A DNA stretch of 64,000 bases from Macrostomum lignano. Its lineage: Eukaryota. The notes under the pieces are model-generated. The model had not been told where the DNA came from, did no database searches, and saw only the letters and a program-made list of their open reading frames with translations. Location: positions 434,001 through 498,000 of the forward strand of contig NIVC01000247.1 of NCBI GenBank assembly GCA_002269645.1. The letters are read 5' to 3'. Below, one piece after another: positions 40,488 to 54,984 of the stretch (within the stretch, counting starts at the first letter, position 1; every line of letters begins with the position of its first letter). The translations under genes and the position numbers were made by a program.

Positions 40488-42401
40488 GTGACCGCGTTTG
40501 AAATCAAACCGATCCTTTTGTAGAAACGATATTTAACTTACGACAAAGATTGTTGTCAGGATGGACTAAATTTTGATGACAACTCGGGTGACAGCTTGCC
40601 AACTTTGTCAAATTTGATCGCGAACAGGAATTGTCAATTCAAAGCCTGCAATTGCTTCCTCAAGAGAAAGGAATTCGCAGTCTTCTTGTAGAGCTCCGGA
40701 GCTGCCGAGTTTCACCGCTTTGCAGATGTCACCATGTCAGCTCAGATCTTCCTCCCGTTCTCTCAAAGTCAAAGACAAATTCTGCAACTCTACTCTCGTG
40801 CTGCTTCTTCTTGCTCTGCGTGTCTTCCTGGGTCTTTCTGTCGGGGGAATGCAGAACTTAAAAGAATCGGGCTGTCTAAGGGACTGACTATACACGGGAA
40901 AATTCTTAAGAAAACAGGACAAAAACACTGTTGTGCACAATAAAAAATTGGAAAGCAGAAGTTGAGGGGTTGGAAATGTAGGCGGAGGGGGGAGAGACTT
41001 ATTGTTGTCTTTTCTCAATTGATTTTCTATTCCGCCTCAACGTATTTCTCTCTCTGGAGGGAGCTTCCAACTGACTTTCAGGTGCTCGCTTCCGTCCTGT
41101 TCAAAGAAGAGAAATGTTTTTTGGTCTTGAAGGACTCCTGACTTATTGGCGGAGCCGAATCTTTCTTGGCCGTGACTAAGATTTCTTTGTTTCAGAATTA
41201 CAGTAGCTCCAGAGAGTCCCATAAACAGCTTCTATAGCCGAAGCAACATCAAAAATGGTTATTATATTGGCAAAAGCCCTCACTGGAGAGTCCTGGATTT
41301 CGAAAGATCCTCATTGGTCAGTCAGGAGATTTTATTCAAACAGGGCATTTCGATAGTCAGATGCAAGCGTGTCGTCAGTTTCCACCAATACTACTTCATG
41401 GCTATTAGTCAGTAGAATGACTGAACCTCGACTTGAATTTGGATGCGAAAATGCTTGACTCCGACACTAAATAGTAACAGAAAATGACTGTTTTAAAACT
41501 TTCACCCGAAAAGTAGTTGATTTGTTTATATAATTGTCAATTTTGTTCAAATAAAACAGTGGAGTAAGGTGCACTAAGTGCTATTTTACTGTTTTTAACG
41601 GGCATTTATATAAAAAATCGTACTCTGTAACGTTTTTGTCTGGTCAAGGTTCAGACCAGTAAATCGGGTTTTTAGAACAGAAAGATTTTGAATTTACTAC
41701 TTTTAAATAGTTTAAAAAGAGTGCAGAATCGTAGGAGAGAGCAAATAACGTACTAGCTGTGTACATGTAAAAGTTCAATGAGTTAGCTCTTAAAAAACAT
41801 CTTTAATGCAATAAAAAAAACAAGGAAAATACCAACAGACAGAAACATTTCAAATCTTTGTACTCGTAAAAGTTAAAATTTATGGCAGTGCATTTTAAAA
41901 AAAAATTCATTCGGGAAAGTTTACTGAATTTAAAAACTCATATGTCGTAGAAATTAAAGATTTTGGCGCTTTTCAAATACAATAGGATCGTTTAAAATTT
42001 CAAAAATAAACAGCGATGCAAAAAATTTGTTGAGAAAAAAGTTTATTAGCGTCCCCATGGATGAACGAATGGTTTTGGTTAAAAAAAATAGGCTCATTAA
42101 TAAATTGAATCGCACCTTAACTTTTGTTATTCTAGAGCTATAAGCCACATGCAGCTAGCGATTTTCATTTAAACCACTGCATAAAATGAAAATAGTCAGA
42201 TAGAAGTAATTCAAAGGAAGGACTTGTTTGTGCTTTTATGCTTTTCTTACTATGCTATTATATAACATGCCCATCAACAGATATTAAAACACGAAGCAAC
42301 CTTCGGAGAAGTTTCAATATTTAAAACAGCTCTTTGTCCTTGGCGTATCTTCCTGCACTTTCAACGTACTGAATAATATCTAATCCGATAGCCGTGTAAA
42401 T

Positions 42402-45400
42402 TCAACCGGTGCTGGTGATGCGGCGCTGCTGGGCCAGATTGTTGAGCATCTTCTCACGCTCGGCCTGCACCTCGCTGAGCGACAGTCGCCGACTACGCAG
42501 ACGGGCTGTCAGGCTCTTGATGACGTCGAAGGCGAAATCGACGTCTTTCTGTTCGGCGTGCGAGGTGCACACGAAGCGCAGGTAGTAGGTTGGCGGGTTG
42601 CCCGTCTCGGCCGCATTCAGGTGGATTCGTCCGTCGTCGCAGATCAGATTGTACAGCAGAGCGTTCACCGCGTCCGTGTCCTGGAGTAGTGGAATAGGCT
42701 GGTTGAGTCTTAATTGCTGGGATTGGGTCGAGCCAGATCGCAACTATAGTTTGAGATCAGCCTCAAAAGGTCAAGTTTGATATGAACATGCTCTTTCATG
42801 TTTACTGATTGCACAGACCAATGCTAATCCAACGGAGGTGCAATTGAGAGCAAAACTTACTCTTCAGTAAGCATTAGACGCGCCACTTACTAAAACTCCG
42901 GAGCCTGCGGACGAGCCATCTGGTCTGATGGGAAGCTGAAAGCGTGCGTGTGAGTTTTCGCTATAATGCTCATCTGTGTTGGTTGGATCAAGGACCACTA
43001 TAGTTAATAGCAGTAGTAAATCTAGTCTTAGTAGTCCTTGCACTGTGACTATTAAGTGCTGAAAAAAAGCTCTAATTACGTGTAGATGGATGGAAGATAT
43101 TGGTACTTGTGTTCGCAGTTGCTACGACTACAGTAATTTGAAGATTTGCTACCCGCGTAAATGTGTATGATTTATGCTCTATGAGCGTAGTTCTAATGTT
43201 TGCTAAAACCTTTCAAAGCTCAATTCCTGAGCGCATTGATTCAGCCTCACCTTCACCCGAAAAGTCACCAAGCCGAGACTCTTGGTCAGCACCTCGAACT
43301 CGGGGTCGGCACCCATTCTCTCTGCGAAATGGTCGGCCATCTGGACATGATGTCGCAGCGACTTGCGAAGGCCCTGCAGGCCCATGCTGCGCAGGACGAA
43401 CCAGATTTTCAGGGCGCGAAATCGACGACCCAGTGGAATTTCCCAGTGCCGATAGTCTGGGATGCCCTGCTCCTTGAAGATCTTCATCAGCTTTAGCCCC
43501 GACAGCAGGTCCTCCTGTTATGTTGATGAGAATGCCCCTAGATTATATACTCAGAAAAAACAATGGCTAATCCCACACCCCAGTAAAAGTAACGGGCTTT
43601 TTGTGCTAAAGCCCGTGGTGCTAAAGACCCTGGTGCTGGCGCCCCTGATGCTAAAGACCCTTGTGCTGACGTCCCTAGTGCTAAAGACCCGGGTGCTAAA
43701 GCCCCTGGTGCTAAAGCCCCTGGGCCACTAAAAACCCTGGCTAACCCCAACCTGTTGAACTACAAGTCTAAGCTAAAGGGTCCAAACTCTCACCTTCAAA
43801 CCGTCAAACAAATCTTCCACGCATCGCAGGAACAGTGCGGAGCAGTCAAAGTTGACGTGCATCATTTTGTGCGGATTGAAGTTGAAAGAATCGGCGTATT
43901 CAATGCCACGCATCAGCGGTCGGTATTCTGGGCAGAATAGGAAAGCTCCGGCGTACGCAGCGTCGATGTGGAGCCAGATGCGCTCGGACATGCCTGTAAA
44001 TAATTGATTAATGGCGCGGAATCGATAAGATGAGGCTCTCTACGAAAATTAACCTACAGGAATATGTCTCTCTGCATAACAATTAGAAAATCTTCTGTTG
44101 ATATATTTCTTGTGCTAAAATGGCTTCTTACTCACGTAAAAATCTGAAATGTATTCAATTTTTATTAGCTCTACTCACAGACAGGTCCAATCTCCTCAAC
44201 TGGGTCAAAGTCACAGCTGCTGGTGGTTCCAAAGCTGCCGCACACCTGGGCGGTGGTCATTAAAAAGTTGCAGTAAAAAAAGGGAAACAAAAAGTGTTTT
44301 GTTTTCGCAACACAGATTGTAAACACGCAATACTACTATCAAAGTAAAAGAGTAGTGTGCTCAGGTAGATATCTTGTTAGGCCAGTTTTCTGTGGCAATG
44401 AATGTCAAGAACTCGTGAGGTACATGCAGATTTCTTTGTTGCTAAAAATAGAAACCCCAAAATTGTTTGCATTAGTAGCCACATGCGAAACATGGTTTGG
44501 GAAAAGTTCCTGTATGAATCATAGTCTGTTGATTAAAGCTTTTTGTAACTGTTCGCAATGTCATGAGTGCTATGAATCAAAACTGAATTTGAGCTGACGA
44601 CAATCGAGCGCATGTATTTTTAGGTGTTCCCATGACGAAAGAATAATAAATAGACTTCAATTTTGCTAAAGTTTTTTGCTAAAAGACAGTTCTATCTCTG
44701 AAACTCAACTGCAGCCATGGGCAGCTCCGTTTTCTCAGTGGGTGGCAAGCCTTGACCAAGAAATGCAAAGAGAGGTTAAGAAGAGTGTGAAAGCTAAATA
44801 CGTCAAGAGCCTTTCAGCCTTGGACATTAAAGGTACATTGGGAAGGACAGAGGGGACTGCTTTGAGCTCGGAGACTATCATGGATCAGCTGAAAAAGCGT
44901 GGCACTTGAGAATGCTAAGCCGACCTGGCAGTCATGACGAGCCCTGAGACTCGGACTCTGTTTGAGGCCCACCCCTGCAGCCTCGGAGCGCCGGAGCTGA
45001 GTCTGCGCGAGAACGAGTTGTGAGCTCACTGTCTAGTGAAAACAGAACTCAGGCGCCTTCTTTGGCTGTCTGGGAGAAAGGACGGGGAGAGAGAAAATAG
45101 AGGAGGGGGACGAGTACCGCCGCCAGGGTAAAAGCAAACATTGCATTAGGCAAACAGTGCGTTATTTCAGAGACGGAGAGAGAGAGAGAGAGAGCTGTGT
45201 TGTCTGTCTCCTAGACGACTGCTTTCCAAGCAATATCGTTGCAGCAGAACAACAGAAGACGTCATTGGGGGCACTCTGTTTGAGATAAGCCAATCAGACA
45301 TGTGCTTTTTTCTGTCACTAAAGTAGATGAGAATAGTCAAAGTATGCTCAATCCATTATGTCTGAATTATGTCCCGAATGGTAAAGTATTAAAAGAACAT

Positions 45401-47218
45401 TCACGCTGCTTTAAGAACTGACTAATTAATTTTGTTTTAAAAAGGACGACGAAAGTTATTCTGAATACTTAAGAGTGGAAATTGAATGATTTAGATGGCT
45501 CATTATTCTTTCAGCACTAAGTACGTCAGATAAGCATAAACCAGGCTAGTTTAGTTAAGAAATCGTGGTTAATTATTCCTGTTCAGAATATTTTTTTCGT
45601 AAATATCAATAATATTCTTGTCATTTTTGGTGGTTTCTAAACAGACTGCAATCATGTTTACCCACTCACGAAGAAGGGAATTCGTCCCTTGGCCTTGTCC
45701 TCTTCCACAGCTTGGACAAATTCCTTTCGATTTAGCGAAGTTCGGCCTTCCGGCAGATGCAGACGACGAATCTCGATGCCAATGAAGGAGGCGTTTCGAA
45801 CGATCATGGAGTGCGTCTGCGATGGAGATGAGGGAATTGATGGGTCAGTTTTATTCCAACTCCGTCGATTGACCGATTTCGACCGTAATTAGGAAGAAAA
45901 TCTAGATAATATTTTACCTGATCGGTTGAGTAGCAAACGAGTCTGGAGAAGGCATCGAAATATCCGGATTCCGGATGCTCCTTCAGCCAGTCTTTGATAG
46001 CCCGCTCTCGAGCAGCCAGCATGCAGGTGAGAGTCGACTCAGTCGCAGTTCCGTGTATGACAGCACCGCCTGTTTCCGAGGTGGACAAGAAGTGACTCGG
46101 CAGGTCCATGGCCTTCACCATCCAGTCGCAGACGATGACCTCAAGCTCCGTGGCAGCCGGGCTGGCGATCCAGGAGAAGCCTACGCAGCCGATGGCCGAC
46201 GAGAGCAGATCGCCAAGGATTGATGGATAGGAGTTCAACGACGGATAGTAGGCGTGAAAGTTTGGGTGGTTCCAGTGGGTGATCTGCGGTGGATCGTGTA
46301 GTTGAAATTGGTTTTTTTGAGTTGAGTTTACAATTTTGCATGTTTTAAACATCAGTCGCTAGAACATTTGTTTTGCTTTGGTGTCTTTGGAACACAGTTT
46401 TTGAAGTTAAGTAAACTTCAAAAATATTTTGACAATTATTTAGTTTCTTCTATCCGTCACATATTTGCAGGATTTGTCATGTTGATAAGGACAACCCGAG
46501 GCACAGAGTTCGCACATATCAGACGACGAGAACAATAACGACTGAAGTACTTTTTTATGTCTAGGGATTAGAAAAATGGCAATAGCTTCTTGTCTTCTTA
46601 GTGGCTGCGGGTCTCCCTATAAGCGTCAGTACACTAAAGCCCCTGCGAAAAAAACTGACAAAAATATGAGACAAAGAATAGATGCAATCCTTAAGTTTGG
46701 AAACAACAAGCCATGGTTTGCTTCTGCGAGCAGGCCCACAACCAAGCAAACTATTTTGAAGACGTTGGAGAATACAAAAGTAGCCTTGAATAACGCACCC
46801 CGGGCATGATCTTGGACTCTACGTCCTCCATCACTTTTTCGAAGTCTTCGGGCCGCTCTGGCGCGGCGCCTGGCAGCAGATCGCGCAGGTAGCCCGGCTG
46901 CACATTGGGCAGTACGGGCCGATCGCCAATGTTCTCCAAGTAGTCAGCCACGTAGTCCACCATCTGCTTGCCGACGCGCCGAAAAGTCGCCGTGTCCATG
47001 CCGCGCTTGATGTCCACCTTGACGTCGTTTTCCTCGCCTCCGTTTTCGTCCGCCGTCGGATCCGGCAGCGCGGCTTTGGCAGACTCGGCGGAGTCCAGAC
47101 CTAGGGCGGCCATGGAGTGCGACAGGCCGTTCTGACTGCCGTTCAAACTGCCGTTCTGGCTGACGACAGCAGCAGCAGCAGCCTCTTTCTGTTGGTTTTG
47201 GTTGGAAACAGATGTCAT
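42402..47218 (-). CDS. Group II PLP-dependent aromatic-L-amino-acid decarboxylase family protein (DDC/TDC/HDC-like), ~580 aa; complement(join(42402..42680,43251..43514,43794..43993,44179..44245,45670..45816,45918..46283,46799..47218))
   Basis: MDTATFRRVGKQMVDYVADY...V.PGYL; ITHWNHPNFHAYYP; GFSWIASPAATELE; GTTSSCDFD; WLHIDAAYAG; PLP-lysine motif NPHK; DYRHWEIPLGRRFRALKIWFV; LVTFRVK; YYLRF. All six introns are GT-AG and phase-compatible. Confidence 0.93.
43603..43745. repeat. ~16-bp array (GGTGCTAAAGACCCT)n in a decarboxylase intron
   Basis: About 8 units; shares the GTGCTAA core with 4281-4682. Confidence 0.85.
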
Positions 47219-48859
47219 TACAGGGAAACTTCCGGCTTCAAGCAACTTGATTCTTTAGTACTCAGAATTTTGTAAAAAGTAGACAATTTAGCTGAGTGAG
47301 TCAATACCTACCAAAAGGTGCGAAAGTTGGGCCTTATATATGATGAGTCGTGCCCCCGAATCCTACCATCCCACCCACTCAAAGAAGGAGCTCAATTCCA
47401 TTCGCAGAGAATTGTTTGCTCGCTACAGCGCGAATGCGTTGGGTCGCTGTGAAGGTTAAACAAAATTTGACACCGAGAGGTCGCAGGGCGGCTATCAATT
47501 TTTTGAAATGCTTGGCAGCAAAAAGACAACCCGGCTCATATTTCAGCGCTTAGAGATGTTTGCATACTTTATTCAAGATGCGAGTAGTTTGTGCTCCCTC
47601 TTGAAGATGTATTGTTTTTTAATTTTCTTTTGTTTTCTTAGCATACGCAAATATCTATATGAGCTACTTTGGGTGAAGAATGATTTTATTAAATCTGAAA
47701 TCCGGCTTTCACCAACTTACCTTCATCTTGGAATACATAGTCAAACTTAAAATTAAACTACCAAAGTCTGTGTTAAAAAATCTTGTTCAGTTGAAACCTT
47801 TTCCCTGCGATGCTGTCGGAACTCTGATGCGTCTGTTCTCTGACGGACTTCGCGATCAAGTCTATTTAAACTAGTCTCATAACCCGACCGTCTCTCTTTC
47901 TCAAGCCACTTGGTCACAGGGGCTCCTGTCCGATTGCTTTGCGAAAGAATGAAGCCTGGTCGGAGCTCGCTTGAAGAGAGAGAGGGAAATATACACAAAA
48001 AAGTTTGACGTATTTGACTAAGAAGGACTCGGCTTCCAAAGCCCACGTATTTGGACTTATAAGACTGATGACTAGAAACCCAAGAAGGTACGTTACTTCA
48101 AGTGGTTACAGAGTAAACTGCTAAATACACACGATCAGATGGCCCAAGAGCAGTTCAAACAGAGTAAACTGATTCTTCCCTGAGAACTGGCTGCCTCTAT
48201 ACCGGGTGCTCCGCCCCATCTGTGTGTAGAGTTCTCAGAACACAGTAAAGTGGCATCCATTAACAAGCACTACAGCCTGATGCCTGCTCTTCTCAAGTAC
48301 GGGTATTATGCGTTACTAAACCGATTCCCATGAAACTAAATCAAGCAAGTTGCTTCATCTTGATACCCACTCATACTTATCTTGTCTCGGTGACATCAAC
48401 ACATTTTCTTTTGCCAAATTTGGTATCTATTTTTGCTATCGTGAAAACTAGTGGATGTCGCCTCCGTGGATTGGGGAGCTGTCATGTCAGTTGCTTTTGG
48501 TGTAATTTACAATATTCTTAGTATATTTTCTTTTTAAAACATGAGTTCGAGCAGGATTTCTTTTTTGACGAACGTAAAGCAATGAATACAGTGGAAAATA
48601 ATGAGGCATGTAACATGGGTCTGCGCCGTGTCAGTTTGTGTCGAATGATGATGATCGAGCTTTTCGGATCTCGGTGCAGGCACCATTTATCCTAAATTTC
48701 TGGGATCCTATCCTAGTTGTAAGAATGTGACTGGGGCTACTTAAACTCTAGGCAAAGTTTTTATCTGCCTACGGTTGCTACATGTACGAGCACCGTACGA
48801 GCAACTCGTATATTATAGCATTTTCCAAGCCAGTCGATCCTAAGAACAAGCAATGATAG

Positions 48860-49660
48860 TTTGTGTCTATGGCATTGTATTAGTTCGATTGTGTCTGTGG
48901 CTCTGTATTAGTTAGATTGTATCTAAGGCATTGTATTAGTTAGTTTGTGTCTATAGCTTTGTAAGTTAGATTGTGTATATGTCTTTGCATTAGTTAGATT
49001 GTGTCTGTGGCTTTGTATTAGTAAGATTGCGGATTTGCGTCTATGGCTTTGTATTAATTAGTTAGATTGTGTCTGTGGCTTTGTATTACTTAGATTGTGT
49101 CTATGGCATTGTATTAGTTAGATTGTATCTATGGCTTTGTATTAGTTAGATTGTGTCTATGGCATTGTATTAGTTAGATTGTGTCTATGGCATTGTATTA
49201 GTTAGATTGTGTCTATAGCATTGTATTAGATAGATTGTGTCTATGGCTTTGTATTAGTTAGATTGTGTATACGGCTTTGTATTAGTTAGATTGTGTATAT
49301 GGCTTTGTATTAGTTAGATTGAGCCTGTGGCTTTGTATTAGTTCGATTGTGTTTGTGGCTCTGTATTAGTTAGATTGTATTTAAGGCATTGTATTAGTTC
49401 GATTGTGTCTGTGGCTTTGTATTAGTTAGATTGTGTCTGTGGCTTTGTATTAGTTAGATTGTGTCTGTGGCTTTGTATTAGTTAGATTGTGTCTATGGCA
49501 TTGTATTAGTTAGATTGTGTCTATGGCTTTGTATTAATTAGTTAGATTGTGTTTATGGCTTTGCATTAGTTAGATTGTATCTATGGCTTTGCAATAATTA
49601 GTTAGATTGTGTATATGGCTTTGTATTAGTTAGATTGTGTCATTAGTTTTGCATTAGTTA
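48860..49660. repeat. 28-bp minisatellite (GTATTAGTTAGATTGTGTCTATGGCTTT)n
   Basis: Directly visible, about 28 units. Confidence 0.95.
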
Positions 49661-50050
49661 GACAATGCTAGCTCGTAGATTGCGTCCTATGCTTTTGGAG
49701 CTCGAGTGACTAAAATCAACAATTTTTCATCTATAAAAAATCATATGCACAAGCACAATGTTTCACAAATGTGTTTTAGTTAGCTTAAATAAAGATTTCG
49801 GAGCGAGCTAGTGTGGGGCAAGCTCATACTGACTCCTTTGATTAGTAAGAGCTAAAGTGGACATGCACCGACATCAACCCATGCTAACTTCAATTTGATC
49901 AATACAAAGTATAATACTCGTATGTAAGGCACAATCAACTCCAATGCTGGATATTAAGTTACATTAGTGGCTGTGTCAGTCTGAAATGTGTCTATCAAAT
50001 GAATCAATGAATCAAGGGAACAGTAAGAGTACCACGTACTCGTCACAAAA

Positions 50051-51288
<1,238 letters not shown>

Positions 51289-51964
51289 CAAGCTCTAATG
51301 CTTTATACACCAAAGGGGGCAAAAGAATAAGTAATTAGTGCTATAAGTGCTATATGATACCAGTAAGACGGCAAGTGAGCCACCTGTGTAGAACCCGTAC
51401 AGTGGTGAAACCTTAAGCCAGTACAAAAAAGCAATTAGTCCCAGCAAGCGTGCGGGTGTGAGTTATGAAATACGGAGGCAGCAATTCATAAGCAAATGCC
51501 AGCCTGCGCTGTTAGTGAAACCTTCTGCGCAGCAACGCAAAAACAAATCTAATTCGTACACAGGAGAGACTAAAGGCACCATTGTAAGTCGTTATGGTTG
51601 CTTTGCATATTACAATTTAAGCCTGCGAGGCAAATAATTTAGTAACACAAAATCAACAAGTGGTTTTTGCATATACTGCCAGAAGACAGGGTTGAGAGAG
51701 AACCTGATTCGCACACTCCTGCGTTTACTATAACAGTTTGAAAGGACCCAATAAACAGGAAAGCATTGACAAGATTCCAAGGTCATGAACAAATTCAATC
51801 CACGTTACGCTAGATCAATTACAGCTTTTAGCCACCTTCAATAATAGCAATTAACAATTTCTTATGCTGATAATTATTTAGTGGCAAAAAAATTTGATCA
51901 CTGGTTGTCCAAGTTCAAACTTGAAAAACTCAAAGTCACATTCTCTTCTTTCTTTTACTATCTC

Positions 51965-52700
51965 TCTTACTCTCTCACTCTCCCTCTCACTCCCCTCCAC
52001 CCTCTCTCACTCTCCCAGCCGCCCCTCTCTTCCTCCCTCTCTCCCTCTCTCACTCTCCCAGCCCCTCTCTTCCTCCCTCTCTCCCTCTCTCACTCTCTCA
52101 CTCTCCCTCTCTCCCTCTCTCACTCTCTCACTCTCCCTCTCTCACTCTCTCCCTCTCTCACTCTCTCCCTCTCTCAATCTCCCAGCCCCTCTCTTCTTCC
52201 CTCTCTCCCTCTCTCACTCTCTCCCTCTCTCACTCTCTCCCTCTCTCACTCTCTCTCTCTCCCTCTCTCACTCTCTCCCTCTCTCACTCTCTCCCTCTCT
52301 CATTCTCTCACTCTCCCTCTCTCACTCTCTCCCTCTCTCACTCTCTCCCTCTCTCACTCTCCCAGCCCCTCTCGTCCTCCCTCTCTCCCTTCTCCATCTC
52401 TCACTCTCCCACTCTATCTCTCTCTAACTCTCGCACCCTCTCTCACCGTCCCTCGCTCTCCCTCTCACTCTATCCCCGTCACTCTCTCCCTCTTCCTTTT
52501 GACTCTCTTCCCCTCCCACTCTCACTCTCCCAGCCTCTCTTTCTCCCTCTCCCTAACCCCACTCTCCCTCTCTCTTCCCCCACTCTCCCTCTCTCTTCCC
52601 CCACTCTCCCTCTCCCTAACCCCACTCTCCCTCTCCCTAACCCCACTCTCCCTCTATCTTCCCCCACACTCCCTCTCCCATCCCTTTCACTCTCTAAGCT
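51965..52700. repeat. Polypyrimidine (CT-rich) low-complexity array
   Basis: CTCTCTCACTCTCTCC-type units. Confidence 0.95.
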
Positions 52701-53343
52701 CCAGTTTTCCTTCTGTGCCAGGAAGAATTCCTAAGCTCACCTTAGTTTAACAACTGGGAGCTGAATGCACAGAGCGAGTTCAGCTATTTTCCCACCTTGA
52801 AACAACACAGTGGTAGTGAGTAACTGTCAAGTGACGGGGTCTGTTTGGAAAATCCTACCTGGGTTTCATTTATTCTCTTTGCTCACTCGCAATTGCATAC
52901 AGAATCTATTAGAGTCTGCCTGCCTGCCATGACTACGATTCTAGTTGCTATAACAACTTCCCTTAGTAACCAAGCCGATTCTGCTGTAGCGTAGAGAGGT
53001 GAGAATAATTGCAGAGGCCGGGAAAGAGAATATGGAATTCTGAATATGAAAGCAGACTCTGTCACACATCTTCCATGTACAGGCGAGCCAAGCACACAGC
53101 GGGCAAACAAAGCTCTTAGCTAAATGTATTCGTGAATTTAATTGCTAAGGCTGGCTGCAGAAATCCGGCTGCTCTTTTATCAATTTTTTGCGTAACTGGC
53201 TGCCTCGTAACGGCCAGAACAAACAGAGATCGACTGTCAGATAGTGAATGATTCCTGCAGTTAATGCCGCTGGGTTTATTAGAAACCAGCAGCATTCACC
53301 TGACTGCCTCAGTGAGCTGCCGGCCTTGCTGTATTCGCTACGG

Positions 53344-53770
<427 letters not shown>

Positions 53771-54984
53771 GCTTACCATTGGAGGAACTGAATTAAAAAC
53801 TTTCAAGGCCTGATCTTTTCCTGAACTCAAATGTTTGATCCGAGTTTATTTTCTTGAAACTAAAGAACGACTTGGACTAATGCAGCCAAAAGTACAAAAG
53901 TGAAATCGCTCAGTTTAGAAGCCAGTTAGCAAAGAGAACAATTTTTTTCTTAAGATTATTTTCGCCCTAATTCAAATAATTATTATCAGTTTATTTGCTT
54001 AGTTCTTAATTTTACAAAGGAGCTATGATAAAGTATAATATAGAAATTGATTTGCATAATTTGAATCTATAACAACAAAAATTATTATTTTGGGCCATCA
54101 TGATGTGGATTGGCAGTTTTTAGCGTATTGCACAGCTGCTTATTGCGTCACTTTTTGTCAACTGGTGCACGTTGTATATATAGTGTTTATAAAATATAAT
54201 AGGTTTATTGATAAGAATAATAACAAAGGATATTGCAGGTTTTGCAGGCTATTGAATAGAAGCTTCTTATTGTTATTGTTAAGGCGACTTGTTGTTTAGT
54301 ACGGGGCAGCTGGGTATATCTGAAGCACAGCTTGATTTCTATTTTGATAATAATCTAGCTCAAAAACAATTGTTGGCAAGCCTAACAAAGACTATATATC
54401 GGTATAATTTTATCACTAGGGTGGTGGCTGAGAATATAGCAAAAAATTTTAAATTGAAAAAACCTGCAAAATTGACAAAGCGACAGGCAGAACACCAAAA
54501 AAAGCGAAGTTTCTACGCAAAATTCCAAATAAGTTATTTTAGAGAGAAAAAAATGTTCTGACAAATTATTGATTTAGTTATAAAATCAGATTCCCCAATA
54601 AGAGCTGGACTTGATTAAATTTTAGTCGCAAAGCAGTTAAACAAAACATCGATATAACAAAACTGCGAAATAAAATCAAGCACGAATTTGAGGGCTCGCG
54701 GACACGCTTTTGGTTAAAAAACAAGACAAAGACAACTATTTTGACCAGAGTTCATTGCCTTTCATTATTAAGGCCTATATATATTATTGCTTTTAGTGAC
54801 TAAAAATTAGTAAACAATTGATAAATATGCTTTATGCTTGAAGAGTTGCTGTTTATGCAAAGTCAATAAATATTATTCAAGCGAGCCTTGTGAAACAGAG
54901 CTTGATCGGCGGGGCTGAGGGGCAGGCTGAACTGAGAGAGCCAGAGGCATAACTAACCAGATTAGAAATAGTTGCTATGGGGAT

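Noticed and set aside
43515-43550. Intronic frame reading Y-I-I-*-G-H-S-H-Q, reminiscent of DDC YLKHSHQ
   Set aside because: It contains a stop and is out of frame with the downstream exon, so it is treated as coincidence unless transcripts show otherwise.
48060-48100. CTGATGA...GAAAC...GTA resembling a hammerhead ribozyme core
   Set aside because: Stem II is absent and the stem I strands do not pair.
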